This document shows, in pieces, positions 40,002-53,850 of a stretch of DNA of 64,000 bases. The stretch comes from Lingula anatina (lineage: Eukaryota > Animalia > Brachiopoda). Under the pieces are notes generated by a model. The model was not told the DNA's origin. It saw only the letters and a program-made list of their open reading frames with translations, and did not search any database. The position numbers and the translations under genes were made by a program. The stretch covers positions 620,001 through 684,000 of the forward strand of contig CM120641.1 of assembly GCA_051362555.1 (NCBI GenBank). Direction: 5' to 3'. The stretch's first letter is position 1. Each line of letters starts with the position of its first letter.

Positions 40002-40558
40002 GGGCACTTGCCCTATTATTCCTAGACAGTTACAACTACCAAAGAAAAAAAAAGTTGGCCTTTTGCATGTATCCTAAATGAACAAAGCAACATATGAACT
40101 TATAGATCAAAGAAACTTCACTGGAATACAATTGAGACATTTAGAAGATTTCAGTTAGGTTTACCAGCTAATTAGATCTTGCTGAGGGGGTCTGGCTTTT
40201 TTTTCCTTCTTCCTGTCTCTGGGAAAATCAGATAGATAATCATACAATGTACATTTATAGCTCATATCCTTTGCAATTTTATTGATTCTATTTTGTTCTC
40301 CCCCCTCACAGGAGACCCATCAGAATGGAACATGAACCTTTGGCAATTTGCAAGATGGATATTTCTCTAGCAGTTTTGCTGATCATGCTCCCAGTTTGTC
40401 CATTATATTTTCCCCTGAAATGCACACGCAATATTCATTGGAGTGATTCCTCATCACACTCCATTGGCACTTATATCAATTTCATGTTCCATTTCAATGG
40501 GCAGCAGAGACCAATCTCAGACCCACTGGAGGATGGGGGATAGGACGCCTCAGAAAAC

Positions 40559-40559
<1 letters not shown>

Positions 40560-40623
<64 letters not shown>
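40560..40623. repeat. (GA)n microsatellite
   Basis: Read directly from the sequence. Confidence 0.97.
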
Positions 40624-40628
<5 letters not shown>

Positions 40629-42220
40629 AAAGAAAAGCATAAGTTTTGGTATAGAGCTATATGGACAACAGTCTATAGGGTGTTGTTGACTTGTCACAAA
40701 CAAAAAGATAAATAAAGAAAGGGACACAATACAGAAGCAGCATATTTCTTTATTTCTTAAGATGGGTTTCTGTGTAGAAGTTTGTCAGTTCTTTTGTCTC
40801 AGAGGCAACATTGAAGGTACTGTAGATGATCAGAGATTTTTAGCATTGCAATTCATTATTGAAAAAAAAAGACTGAAGAAGAAATCAAGTTTTCCTAAAT
40901 TATTGTTTGCATGAAATTTGTTATTTTCTTAAACTGTTGTAATTGTTTGATACAATGGATGCTTCCAACAGTAGGTGTTTTAAAAGTGTTTCAAAAATGC
41001 AAAGCTTAGGTTTTGTTGCCACATTTTTTTCCCTTTCTTTATTCTGTGCCATCCAGTTCTTTTAGTCTATACTCATTTTCTGCTGCTAATGGTTAGATGA
41101 GAAGAAAGGACCCAATGCCATTTCACTGTGTAACCAAATAGCCATCCACAATAACAATAATTGATCTCTTTTCTTTCATCAAACCTGGGGAGGAAAAAAG
41201 GATGAACATAACTATTTAATTACACTTCTGCACTGCAATATCTGATGATATTTAAACCACTATGTGCAAGCCTAAACCTATTGTTATTTTAGATCATTAG
41301 ACTCTAATGACCAAATTTCAATATCCTGGCTGGAGAATTTATAGGATGATAATGAAATAAAAGTAATCTCCCTTCGAACAATTGCATATGATCAAGAGTT
41401 ATTATGGCCCAACGCCTCAATGGTTAACAAGGAAATTTGCCGCAGAATGGCTGGAATTAAAACCTTCAAAGCTTTTTATTGCCCGTTTTCTTTTCCATTT
41501 TTATGCCAGATTGCTGTAAGTTGTTCAGAGACATTAGCTAGCAGCAGTGGCTTTCGTGATAGTGCCTATCTTGGTTGGAGATCTGTAGCCAGGCTGAGAA
41601 AGCACATGCTTCGTACCTTAGCACAGAGAACGGCAAATCCTGTCTACTTAAGGGATGCAAATGGGTCATAATCTGCTATGGTCGTTTCATACTAACATAC
41701 TTGAAAAAGACAGTAAATCATTCTGAAGAAAATAAACGAGACAGTCTTACAAAAGCTGACACTGGCTTAACACTAGGGAAAGCCTGTAGGCACAGAAGAA
41801 GGGCTGGTCGTAGCATTAGTAGGGAAGGGAAGAAACACTGATGATCCAGTGACAGGCAGCTTTTCAGAGAGATTTATCCTATAATTACTGGTAGATTAAT
41901 TAAGTTCATTACAATTCTTGGAAAAGTTGCCCAATAAAAAGATAATTGTTTGGTAATTGTAACAATTGAGGGATTTGTATGAGATCAATAAAACACAATT
42001 TATGGAGGGATTTGAAAGCAATTGTTATTATGTCATTATATTAGCATGAAAAATGTGTTTTGCTGCTGTGTATTTGTTTGTTCATTAATCTGCTAAAACT
42101 GAGAACCACCTAATCACGATCTGTCCAAGGCCAACAAGCAAGTAGATAAAATCATGTTTTCAAAACATTCTTATTCGCATATTGTTTTTTCATAAATACC
42201 AGTGCCATTTATTTTTTTTT

Positions 42221-42401
42221 AATAAAGTAATAATGTCTCATTTCAGACTTTTCCAGTCTATCTAAATATTTGTCAATTATCTTTTATAACAACTTCATTT
42301 TTTATTTTTGCCCATAATTACCAACTCTGTTTGTTTTTTGAAAATAAAGTAATAATCTCTGATTTCAGACTATTTTTCCAGTGTCTGTCTAAATATTTGT
42401 C
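42221..42401. repeat. Imperfect direct duplication (~55 bp, spacing ~122 bp)
   Basis: aataaagtaataat..ct.atttcagact..ttttccagt..ct.tctaaatatttgtc at 42221 and 42343. Confidence 0.8.
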
Positions 42402-45400
42402 TGGTTCTGTAGTATAACCACTGTATCCCTGGGCTTTGCAGGCTAACAGCAGGTTTCTAATGGTGGGGAGATAATTTTAGAAATCCCTCAATTCCATCAT
42501 GTATACTTTAATTAGATTAGAAATAAATGGACCAATGAGACTGATGCACAGATTTCCTAGAGATCAGGTGAATGATAAAAAATACAGATTAGGGCTGATG
42601 TTAGGGATGCTGTCTGTACGTCTGTCTGACTAACTAGTTTTGATAATGTAGTTAAGGTGGTGTATGGCACTATTCTCTCTCTCTCTCTCTCCCTCCCCTC
42701 TCTTTCTCTCTCTCATGTGGGTATCTTTTCACTGTCTCAGTTGATTTACAAAGAAAAAATGTAAGGAGCACACTAACCATTAAAAGAATTATACTATTAA
42801 GATTTAACATGTCACAACAGTGCAAAAATTGTCAAAATCTTTCTGCACACTGTTTTAGCCGAGTCTGATCAATTTCACTGTATGGTGCACCCCAATAAGG
42901 CTGTAATTTCTTAACTGCCTTTCTTTAAAGTCTGCCCTGATGCTATTATAGAGATTGAGTTGCATCTGACCAAGGATTTTGTTCAGGTTAGGAAAAGAAA
43001 GCCCAAATCTTGCACCAAAGGTCAGGGGGGAAGGCAAGTAATGAGCTGTTTGCAGGGTTCTGGAGGGAGCTGTGTGATGGCGGACAGGACTCAATGGCGC
43101 CAGCGCGCTTGGCAGTGGGCTGGCCTTTTATTTTGCAGGAGGTGTGGAGAAAATAGTTGAGGGTCTCACCTTCCATTCTCTGTTCTCTTTGAAACAAACT
43201 GTTGCTGTTATGTGTGAAAATGAATGTTTACAAGGTTTAGGGTTCATCTCATTAGTAAGAATTGTTTTTATCACTGATTGTCAGTTTTGACTTCATTTGA
43301 AATGACTAATTTTGACAAAGAGAAATACTTGTATTTATTTTATAGTCTTTGGTGTCTTTCCTTGCTTATTATGGATTTTACAGAAAAACAGATGAGTAGG
43401 GACAAAGTTGTGCAGTTTTACAAGCTTTTTCATGATCATACAACAGAACATTTCAAAAATCATAAAAAATATGGCTACAATATTTTTAGATAGAATTATC
43501 TCCAAACTAGTCTTAAACTTTTTTCAACTCAAAAGAAATGTTCTATTTTAGGCATTTGTTTACAAAGTAAAGAAAAAAGTACTAGTTTCCCTTCTTTCTC
43601 TTTCCTCTGTCTCTCTCCAGCATGTCTGTAGCCTACGCGGCAAGCAGCAAGTCTGTCTCTGAAAACAAAATTCACACCGGTGTTGATGAAATACCTGCTG
43701 TTTAGAGGATTTTTTATAATTTTTGGAAGGAATTGAACATGCTTTGTGGTAATGACATCCTGCTGTGGTGGTGCCAGTACATGCAGTTTTTCATTATGCC
43801 CCTATTTATGCTCAATTTAGTTTGTGGAGGATTAGTTCCACTAAGAAAAACATTCACATAACATTAGACTTTGCACACCCAATGGTGCCTTTGCACTGAT
43901 GTTCTGAAATTAAATTTTGCTACAACTCTTGTCTTGCTTGAATTTCTGTCTAATACTAGGTAGACTTCTGCCTAACCTTCTTCTCTTGGCATGGTGACCA
44001 AGTGCTGCCCCCTATTATCAGGAAAAATCCCCTTCACATCATGCCAGCCACAAGATGTTGGCCCGGTTAGGACTGTCATGTATTCATTAATAAAACAAAT
44101 AAATTTCAAAATTCTGTACAGTCGGCTGCAAATGAGTAGCATGTGAAAGCGTCAGGTTTACCTTGTGTAGCTATATTGGTTTGATAAATCAAGGCTGCTA
44201 AGTACCGAGGCAAGCAGCTTGCTTAAATCTTGCCACTGCTCCATCCTGACAGGCTGAGTGCTAGCTACAAATCATTGTAGTCAGAAAATCACATTGCTTC
44301 AATCTATTCAACATTTATCTTGAGGGGGAAGTAGTGTGGACCACACAGTGAACTGGGGAAGGAACTGATTTAACTCCAACTTTGCTACACACTCTCCTCA
44401 TGAAGCCAGGGCAGGCCAGGCCCACACCTCAGCCAATTCAATTGATTATATACTGTTCCTCTCGGGCATACTCTGCATCAGGAGGCTACTGTCAATAACA
44501 ACAAAAAATATACAACTTGTATTTTCTTGGTTGCACAGCTGTGAGGCAATTGTATTCCCTCTTTAATTTGTTTCAATTGCTTGTGGCCAGTTTTAAGACT
44601 AGTTTTAAATACCTGATAATGTTGAAAGTTTTGGATTTTCTTTAATTTTTTTCCTATTGATTTTTTTTCATGTATACGCCAAACATTTATTAATGTGCAT
44701 AAAGTTTTTATATCAGCATTAATAAAAGGGGGTTTACGAAAAGCCTATTTAATATGACAGATAGAGCTTTATATTTTACCTACACATTCTTATTATTTAT
44801 AACTTGAATTAACTTGTATTTTAATTTTGGATACTGTCAAATAAAAAGATTTTTGTTAGTTTAAAAAAGCAAAGGTTTAAATAAATTTTCAGCTTTCATG
44901 AAAAAAAAAATGTTCTTAAAAATTATTGGATAGATTTTTTAAAAAACCACAAACTTTACATTCTGATTATTTACAAGTTACCCGATGATTTGTGAATGTA
45001 TTTTTCAAGTGCAGAGTTTGTAATTTTTTTCTCCCAACAAGATATACAAAGCAAAAGTGCAGGATAAAAAAAAAAGAAATGTCAAATGTCAGATGTTATG
45101 AATTCTTGGTCAGTGAAACGGTCAGATATAAATTGTGGTCACTTCATGCTCGGTCAGTGTCGTCCAAGTGAGGCCGGTTGCCCTGGACAACCGTGACATT
45201 GATTGATGGGTGCGGACAATATATTGTTTTATTGAATAGTTAGCCTGTTAACCTCTGCAAGCTCTGTATGCTGCTTAACAGCCTTATATTTTGAGTAATC
45301 AAATAATTTGTTTTTTCACAAAGCACACTATTAATTTTAACATGTTAGCAAGAAAGTAGAATTCTGGGTAATTATGTTTATGAGCTGCGATTGTGTGAAG

Positions 45401-46977
45401 TGCGAAGTAATTTAATGTGTTATGACACGCCTTATTGTAAAAAAAAATGTTCATACTTTGTGTACAAAAATGTTTGAAGTTAACACAATTTTCTTTAAAA
45501 ATACTAGTCTCTGTTCAATTTTAAACCTGGTGATCTTTTTGATCTAAAAAGGGGTGTGGCTAAATCCTGATATACTTGTCAAGAACAATCCCCAGCCCTT
45601 GGACATGTTTGTTGTTTTGTGTAATGGTGGTTTCATAATCTGAGCTTATTTACGTGCACCTGGACACATCTAGATCTATATATAGGCATGCATATCTGTG
45701 CAAAAATCATTATGATTCTCCTGCTGCGATAGATAACATGTATAGGCACAGGTGCACAGCTTGCCTGCTTGTATACATACTCATAGAGGTACAGTGACTA
45801 GAGACTATAAACTACATGAAGGCATGTTTACAAATACAGACACAAACACATTAATTTTTACGCCCACACCTGACGCCTTCTGATCTTTTCACTGATTGAT
45901 TTTTGTATCTGTTTAAGGAACTTTGTTGTGTGATGTACACACGCAGACGTCACCTTGACTGGAAACTGTTCTCTTTATCGCACAATTTCCAGGAACTAAT
46001 CAGGTTTTTTCTAACATAAAAGTGATCGCAAAATTCCATGCCGATTTACTTTAAAGATAAACTTTTTAATCACTGAAGATATTATTCTATAAGAGCAGAA
46101 ATAAGTGAAAGAATATGAGGGCATGTATATTCACATCCTTTCCATATTACATCAACAGATAGGTGCTATTACTGATGTATTCCTAGTTGGTTATTTTAAG
46201 TACACACACACATACATTTACACTCCCCTGGTGCGGCCGATCATTTTACTGATAGATTTCAGCATCAGTTATGAAGGGCCTTCCCGCGGTAACGAGGACG
46301 CATCTATATTGATCCTCCAAATTGTGCAAAATCACTAATGGTCCCTAATGATAGTCGTCAAGCTGCTACTAATGTAGCTGATCTATTCATACTGCAGATT
46401 GTTATGGAAATGCATCATTTGTTTTGCCCTTTAAGTAAGCAGGTTTAATGATTCTTACTCTTGCCTCCCTATCTTATCCATCATCATTACTACCCTCTTA
46501 CTACAGGCACTGCTGGGTGGAATATTTAGTTTTACATGCTCTCCACTGGTTTTTTCTGCTCAATTGAGCTTGCTGGGGAGTTATTTGTCACCTCCATAGA
46601 GGTGACAGCTTGACATTTATTATGAACTTAATGAATGTCAATTGCATTGTGTTGAATAAACTGTTGAAACAATACTGTTATTTTTTTTTTCTTAAAACCT
46701 TTTTAAAAGGGATTTTATATTTGCAGAGCATACAGTATACATGATTCGTATTCTATAAGATATTTTTTCATTTGTTATTTAAGCAATGAGACCAGGTGGA
46801 GACACTTAACTTTTTTTATTATGTTGAAATATATATCAACTAATTAATTTGTCTTGTCAAGCAGTAACAGTGGTAAGATAATAGACACTAGCAAGGTTTA
46901 TATAGTTGGTTAGTTATATCTTTATATTTTACTTATCAATCCTTTTTTAATAAAGCCTGACTTGGTTTTGTCTTCAG

Positions 46978-47036
46978 GTTTATCAACGCCAGGCGAAGGA
47001 TAGTGCAACCTATGATTGACCAATCAAATCGTGCAG
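46978..47036 (+). CDS. Meis: Meis homeodomain C-terminal exon (W-FINARRRIVQPMIDQSNRA-G), short form with GC donor
   Basis: Acceptor ttttgtcttcag ends at 46977. Exon ends CAG|GCAAGT, a perfect consensus donor apart from GC. Length 59 nt, phase 2 to 1. Confidence 0.93.
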
Positions 47037-47114
47037 GCAAGTCTCCTGTGGTTACGGTGTTCAAATCACGGAGGCGTAAATCCTCATCCAGTATATCCCC
47101 TGGTCCTTCACCAG
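47037..47114 (+). CDS. Meis: In-frame 78-nt alternative extension of the last homeodomain exon (GKSPVVTVFKSRRRKSSSSISPGPSP)
   Basis: Open frame between the GC donor (47037) and a CAG|GTAAAA donor (47115) of the same phase. The peptide resembles the GKSPIVTVFKSRKRK... extension I recall from vertebrate Meis1 isoforms. Confidence 0.75.
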
Positions 47115-47134
47115 GTAAAACTTGTTTGGGAATG

Positions 47135-47148
47135 GTTGCCATAGCAAC
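47135..47148. promoter_or_regulatory. RFX X-box motif GTTGCCATAGCAAC
   Basis: Full 14-bp match to the canonical X-box. Function is untested. Confidence 0.5.
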
Positions 47149-48600
47149 TTGGCCCCGTGAATGGTTGTCTGGCAACAAGAAGAATGTTATACCTGGTGAA
47201 GATCTGTCGTATCATTCCGGCCCACCTAGATGATGGAGACCATTATGGCCGCTCCTTCTGCCATGACAATGGCTGACACTTTCCAATATCTTTTTCTCGC
47301 ATGTGTGATCTAATCCCTATATCCTGGTCACTGTGTTATGAAGAAACTCAAATTTGGATGAAATGTGGAAAATTAAAATTGACTACCGAGATCTACATTT
47401 AAGGAAGTTTGCAAAATTTTCATGATTATCAACATTACATTGTAAAGTCATTTGACCTAATATTTTCAGAATTTGTTATCAAGGATAAGTGTTTTTCAAC
47501 CCTTTCTGAAAATTTTTGTAAAATATGTATCAGAGAATTAATAGTATTGCCTGGCAGCTGGCACAGTGAGTTTCTTGATGCAAAATGGGACTTTTTTTTT
47601 GGGGGGGGGGGGGGGTGAAAAAAAGAAAAAAGGATTTGAGAAAATTGACCGACAACCTTTTCCTTTCTCTGACTTGTGTTCCCCATCTGCATGCTTCCTT
47701 GCCTCCTGTGATTTGAACACCTGTATACCGTGAGTATGTTCTAAGGAATGACAGCTACAGCCATGCAGACATACATAGCACCCCCACACACATATCTCTC
47801 CTGGAGTGCACACTAGTGACACCTATAGTGTAGATCATCAGCTGCATCTTTATTGGAAAGCATGAGGAATAGTGGCACCTGATTTTGCAAGTTAGCACAG
47901 GCACATAAAGAAATAGACAGGATATTTGTTATTTTTCTGTCTTCTGAGTACTTATGTTGAGTGATATTTCTGCAAACTTAATCTCTTTTGCACTCTTTGC
48001 ACTCTGAATATGTTTTTGAAATGAAGTAAGGCAGAGAGAAGTGTTTACTTTTTGCAACCTGTGACTTCCTGAATTTTGAAACTTTTGTGCTGTCATGTTA
48101 CTTTCAAAAGTCTTTCAGTAAGACAAAAATAATAAAATAAACAGATGAATGATTATTTTAAAATTGACTATTTCAAGTTCTCATTTGTTTGTTAAATTTT
48201 GACGCAAGACCAAAAAAAAAAGTATGATCCATTTGTAACACTGTACAATGATAGACAGTATGATCATGTAAAAAAAAAATTGATGTAATTGTTGAAAATC
48301 AGAGCCTAATCAAAATTTGTGTATCTGCAAGGAGTTATCAGAGAAAGTCAAAATCAGACAATTCAAGTGTTGCTGTGTTTAAAAACATCAAAAGTTAATT
48401 TTATAAACTTGAAATCTGAAATTTAAAACAAGCTACTGAATATACCAATATACCTTCCTTTAAAAAGGATTTGTTAAAGAAAGAAATGCAATGCCTAGAA
48501 TTAGGACAGCTCAGTAGTAAATCTGGTCCCTCTGCTGTCTTCTCTCAGCATAGTTTATGCAAGTTGAACTTTTAGTTTGAGTTTCACTTTCACTTTCCAG

Positions 48601-48678
48601 GCCCCAGTGGTTATAGTCCAGATGGTGCTGGCATGGGATATCCCATGGAGAATCAGCAAATGCACATGAGACCACCAG
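48601..48678 (+). CDS. Meis: Meis post-homeodomain exon (G-PSGYSPDGAGMGYPMENQQMHMRPP-G)
   Basis: Acceptor tttcactttcactttccag ends at 48600 and donor G|gtaaga starts at 48679. Length 78 nt, phase 1 to 1. Similar to hth GPSGY..DAMGYMMD..HRPPG and Meis YSPDGQPMG...QHMGIRP. Confidence 0.93.
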
Positions 48679-51600
48679 GTAAGAATATTATTATTGTTAT
48701 TATTATTATCATCCAAGGAATTTCTGTATTTCAAAACGTATAACTTACTTACTCTCAAAATTCAGTCATAAATACAAAATTCATGAATATGAATTTTATA
48801 AAACTAACATAACTGAATTTTTCAAATCTTGTTGATTGTGAATTTTGTGAAGTTATCTGAAGCCTGAAATGTGTAGGATTTTAACATGAAATATAATTTT
48901 CTTCCAAAGAAAGCAATTTTAGCTACTTGCAAATTATTGCTAAATCCATCCCAACACTTAGCTTTCATGTTATGTATCATTTCTAGACAAACCACTTATA
49001 ATAAAAAATGAAGAAGTCAGATCATAATGACAGTGGAGAAATAATAATAAGTAAATATTAATAAAAATATTTTGGAAATCACTTTGAATTTCATATGTGC
49101 TTTGTAAGAAAAGTACCAACTTACTCGATCCGAAACCATTTTTTCTCAATTCAAAGATAATATGAATAACTAATCTAATGTAGATTGCTAGTCTCTAGTT
49201 TAGTAATTGTGTTGTACTTTTTAAACTCTGGTAAGATATCAAACATGGCCAACTCCCAGACATATACACACAGGTAATAACTAAAGAGGAAAAATCTGTA
49301 ACACAGCTTAATAGCAAATTAACCATGGCCAGAGCTATCATTTCCAATGAAAGTCCAACTAATGCCTAAGAGAGAAAGCATGTTCACTTTGCTGGCTGCA
49401 CATTGGTACCATACTTCATGGCTTTCTATATATTAAAGATTCATTAAGACATCGTATGACAGAGAAAAACTTTGTAATGTGTAGTTTAATACTTTGTTAA
49501 TAAGGTTGTGAGTTTTGTACATTTTCTGTATTTGATATTGATTACAAAGAGACCTCTGACATTAGGTTATTAAAATTATTTCACATATGTGGATATTTTG
49601 TATACTATAGGTCATGTTCATCAAACAGGGCTCAGGAATGTATTCGTCATAAACAGTGAATAGAATATTTGATAAAATCTTGAATATTTGTGAGGGAAGC
49701 TCAAACAATTAGAAACAATGAGGATTTAAGTTAAAGATTACACTTCAGTATTGTTTGATTTCATAATTCTGTCAAAGACTTTCATTCCACAACATATTTA
49801 TTCCATAGCAAGCTGTTCAGACCTAAACCAGTCTGCCTCGCCTACTTACTGCTTATTCTAAAGAGTGATTATGTTTATCTGTTGTCATCCATTGCTTCAT
49901 CTACCCCTGTCACAAATGCAGCTTTTCAGAAATAATAGATCATAAATGATGGTATATGACACTGTAAAATAAATGGACAACGTGTGATATATGGTTGATA
50001 TGGCATCTGGGAAAACACGAAAAAGAACAAAAATTGTGTAACTGCAGAACGCTATGAGCCTGATTACAGGAAAAAAGAGATTCTGAGTTGCGTTTCAAAT
50101 AAACATATTGTATGAGTAATGACATGCAAATGTTAGATACATCACACTAGAATGTGTTTTGTCTCTAAAGGATGATCAGACAGCTTCAGTTCCAGCTTGA
50201 TGTTGTTACTGAAGGTGCAGATGTTCTGTTTTCTATATATTAGCCTAATTAATAAGACATGGAACTTTGGACTCTAGTTATCAATTAAGCCCATTCAGTA
50301 TGAAAACGCATTAGTTTTTTTCTCCTGTTTTAAACAGTATTCTTTTTTAAGTAGAGATATTACATAGATCGTTAAATATTTCATACATAGAAACAAAAGC
50401 TTGTTATCTGTATTGTCATATTAATTATTAAATTATTATTGATATGCTGTTTTTTTATACTGCTAATAAGATGCACATTTTCCTCATCAACAGGGGTTGT
50501 TCAGTTGTACCTTTTTGTTGCTATTAAAACATCTTTATTTTATGATGGTTTCTTAACAGAGCTGTGATATAATTGACTTTGCTATTTTTTTCAATTAGTA
50601 AAAATCTGTTGCACAATTCCATTTGTTGCTCTATACACAGAAGGCATAAATATGGCATGACTAAAATTTTTAACTTATTCTAAAAAAATATTATTCCAAG
50701 AATATACCTTAGTGTAAGTGAAATATCGGACCAAACTTTAAAAAAATTATTTTATGTCCACTAAGGAGGTCTTGCCCTTGTTGCTTAGTTGGTATATTAG
50801 TAAACAGCTTTAGTGTAGTTTAGGACAGATTTTGATAAAAGTCTTACCGGAAAGGTCAGTTACAGGCCCACTTAAAATCAGTTAGATTTAATATGATGAG
50901 AATTGAACTACCTTAGTGTGGGTTTTTGCAGACTGCGGGATTTTTTAAATACATCCCTTTGTATTTAGTGGGACTCTACAAAGTTCTTAAACTTCGTAAC
51001 CTCTCGGTTCAGTGGTGAAAGTAAAAAACAACCAACCCCTCTGATTCTAACGAAGTTTGACTGTGCCTCAGTGGGGAGGGCTGTTCTCACTGAAAGGTTA
51101 ACAAGATGTAGCATATGTTTCTATTCAACTTTATGTCAGATTACAGTGTATTTATCTGTGATGAACCTAAAGATGTGACTTATGCTGTCTTCTTCTTAAG
51201 ACCATCTCAGCCGGGGACGGCTGCAGTTTTGACAGGTTGGGTCCATTTCAGTGCTCCAGGGCCAAGAGTTAATTCCCTATCAAAATTGTCACGTCAGCAT
51301 GATTTGCAGGCAGGCGTGTACGGAGAGACATAAATTCAAATCATAATCATGAGTATCATTAGTTGCTTATGTGTTTGGTTATGTGTATTAGTTCACTGGA
51401 TCACGCTGGCTGGTTTAGACAGTGGGCAATCTGACAGGATTTATACCAGTTACACTGACTTACTTATAAATTATGACAATAATCAATAGGTGGCTATGTC
51501 CGATGGGTAGACCAATCCTGTCACATTTCAATCCGCCAGTTTGCTAGCTGAATTTGTTCTGCTGCAGGTGAAAAGAAACTTAACGCTGTGAAGAAAATTA

Positions 51601-53705
51601 TGGATTTTTGTTAATAATCCAGGACAGTTATGACAGTTGAGTAATCGGTAGACAGAAACAATAAAGATATTTTTTACAGGAGAATAATAAAACTCCAAAC
51701 AATGCCCCATACATCATCCTGACAGCTGTAGTAGCAGAGGGGGGAGTCCCCTAGGCAAAAACATGGGGGAAAGATGAGCTCTATCATGCACTGAATTGCT
51801 TGCAAATGGAAGAGGTCATGAGAAAAAATACACAAATAAGAAGTGAAGTGTCTCTTTCTTCCATTCTGTTTTTTTTTTTTTTTTTCTAAAAAGAAGAGCA
51901 ATTTTCTTCACTAATAACATATGTTCAGAAATGGTTTGCAAAATGTGGGGACTTGTTTGAAGAAGATAGACATTAAAAAAAATATAAGAAAACTGCCTTT
52001 GAAAAAATTGTTTTAAAAACACGAGGTTCAAGTAATTAGATACTAACAAATTTTCAGTGCAGATAAGAATTATAATGTGAATAGTGTAGCAGTGCATTTA
52101 TTTATTAACAATTTGTTTTGTACAAAAAAGATATTTTAGGTAAAACTTTAAACACCCAGCATCAGTGTAGGTGGCCCTTGAGTTCTAACAATACATCAGA
52201 AATGGATACAGTGTAACCAGGAGACTTAAGTTACAAATTTCTCATAATACGACAGAGAGAAGAGAGCAGTAATTTGTCATCCCACCTGACCACCTAGAGA
52301 TAGAAATAATAACAACAATATTCACACCTGCGATGATCTGCCTTTATCTCTTTATCATCTATCAGACACTGCTAATCTCGTTAAGTGATGTTACTGTTCT
52401 TATTTATAGCTTTGACACTGAACACACAGACCTTGAGTTAATTGCTGTAATAGGTGACTTTGGCCCTCCAGTTAGGATCCCATCCATCACGTTTGTCATT
52501 CACGTGGACAGTCATCAGTCGGAAAATGTCACCTTCTTGGCATCAGACTGTTGCTTGAATGCTGTTAGGGTACTGGTGGTCTCTGGGGGAAAGAGAAAAC
52601 AAAAACGTCTCTAAATGAAATTATTATCACCTGCAGGGAGAAGGTTACAGTCTGCTATTAAAAACTCTTTGGTCTTGGTGATAAAGCAATCTAGCAGAGA
52701 TGTTGCATTCTTTGAGGGTTTTGTTCTCACATAAAAAAGAAAGAGCAACATTGGGAACATTACGAATCTTGTGTTCACTGTGATTGAACATTAACTTTCA
52801 AGAAAAAATTATTTTGTTTTTAGATTAATGCTTGATTTTGTGTGAACAATTCTTCAAAATACCTTTTGTTTATTTATTTTGTTTCTTCATAAATTAAAAA
52901 AAAACTAGTATATCATAGAAGGAAAACTTTTGCTATATTCTTACTGTTTGACAAAGACATTTTTGTTTGTCTGGTACAATTTACTCCCCCAAAAATATAT
53001 ATCAACTTTAAAAAAGAAGAGTGTACCAATAATTATTTCTTGTTTAGATTTTTTTCAAATGTATTTTTCTTTTAATATATTTCTTTAACTTATGACTTAA
53101 AAAGTTCAAAGAATGGGTTCTCTTTGTGACAGTTAAAGATAATGACAGGAACCAGGCAGATTTCTCCTCTGTTATTTCCTGTCTATTTTAAGTTTAATAA
53201 CGGTACACGTAATTGTTGAGGTCATTTTCCTGAGATCAGATACAGTGAATGCACATCCTGACAGATATAACTACCTTTGTGGAGATCAGCTGACTTTTGT
53301 TCCAACTTCCTTTCACCTGAGATCTTAATCTGAAATAAAGACCTGACGTCTCCTTGGTTGCCCATTAAGATAGGCTTTCCCCATAATTACTGGAGTCCGC
53401 CAGTTAAAATGATATAGACTTATACATAGGTTAACTGCTCAAGTTAATTAGTATGATAAGAGAGGAGGAGTTGGGGTGTGATTTGGATAGATGATACCCA
53501 CATGGGATATGTGTCATTTGGTTATAAAATTTATTTTATTAAACAAGTTCATAAAATTGTGATCACTTACTTACTGAAGCTCTTCATCTAATTTGTGATT
53601 TAATTATTCCTCTTATTGGGTAGCTTAAAAAGATAATATTTAAAAAGATGTACATTTTTATGTACAGACACAGATGTGTCTGTACATATTGCCATCACCT
53701 GCGTC

Positions 53706-53771
53706 TGTCGTCGCCGTCGCCGATCATGTCGCCGTCCCTGTCGCCGTCGATGTCGCCGTCGCCGTCGCCGT
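53706..53771. repeat. (GTCGCC)n-type microsatellite within the Helentron-like element
   Basis: gtcgtcgccgtcgccgatcatgtcgccgtccctgtcgccgtcgatgtcgccgtcgccgtcgccgt. Confidence 0.9.
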
Positions 53772-53850
53772 GCACTTTCATCGTTAACACGATAAGTGGA
53801 AGACAGTTTTACTTTTTGGCTTTATATTTACAGAGCTGATGAATATTCAT

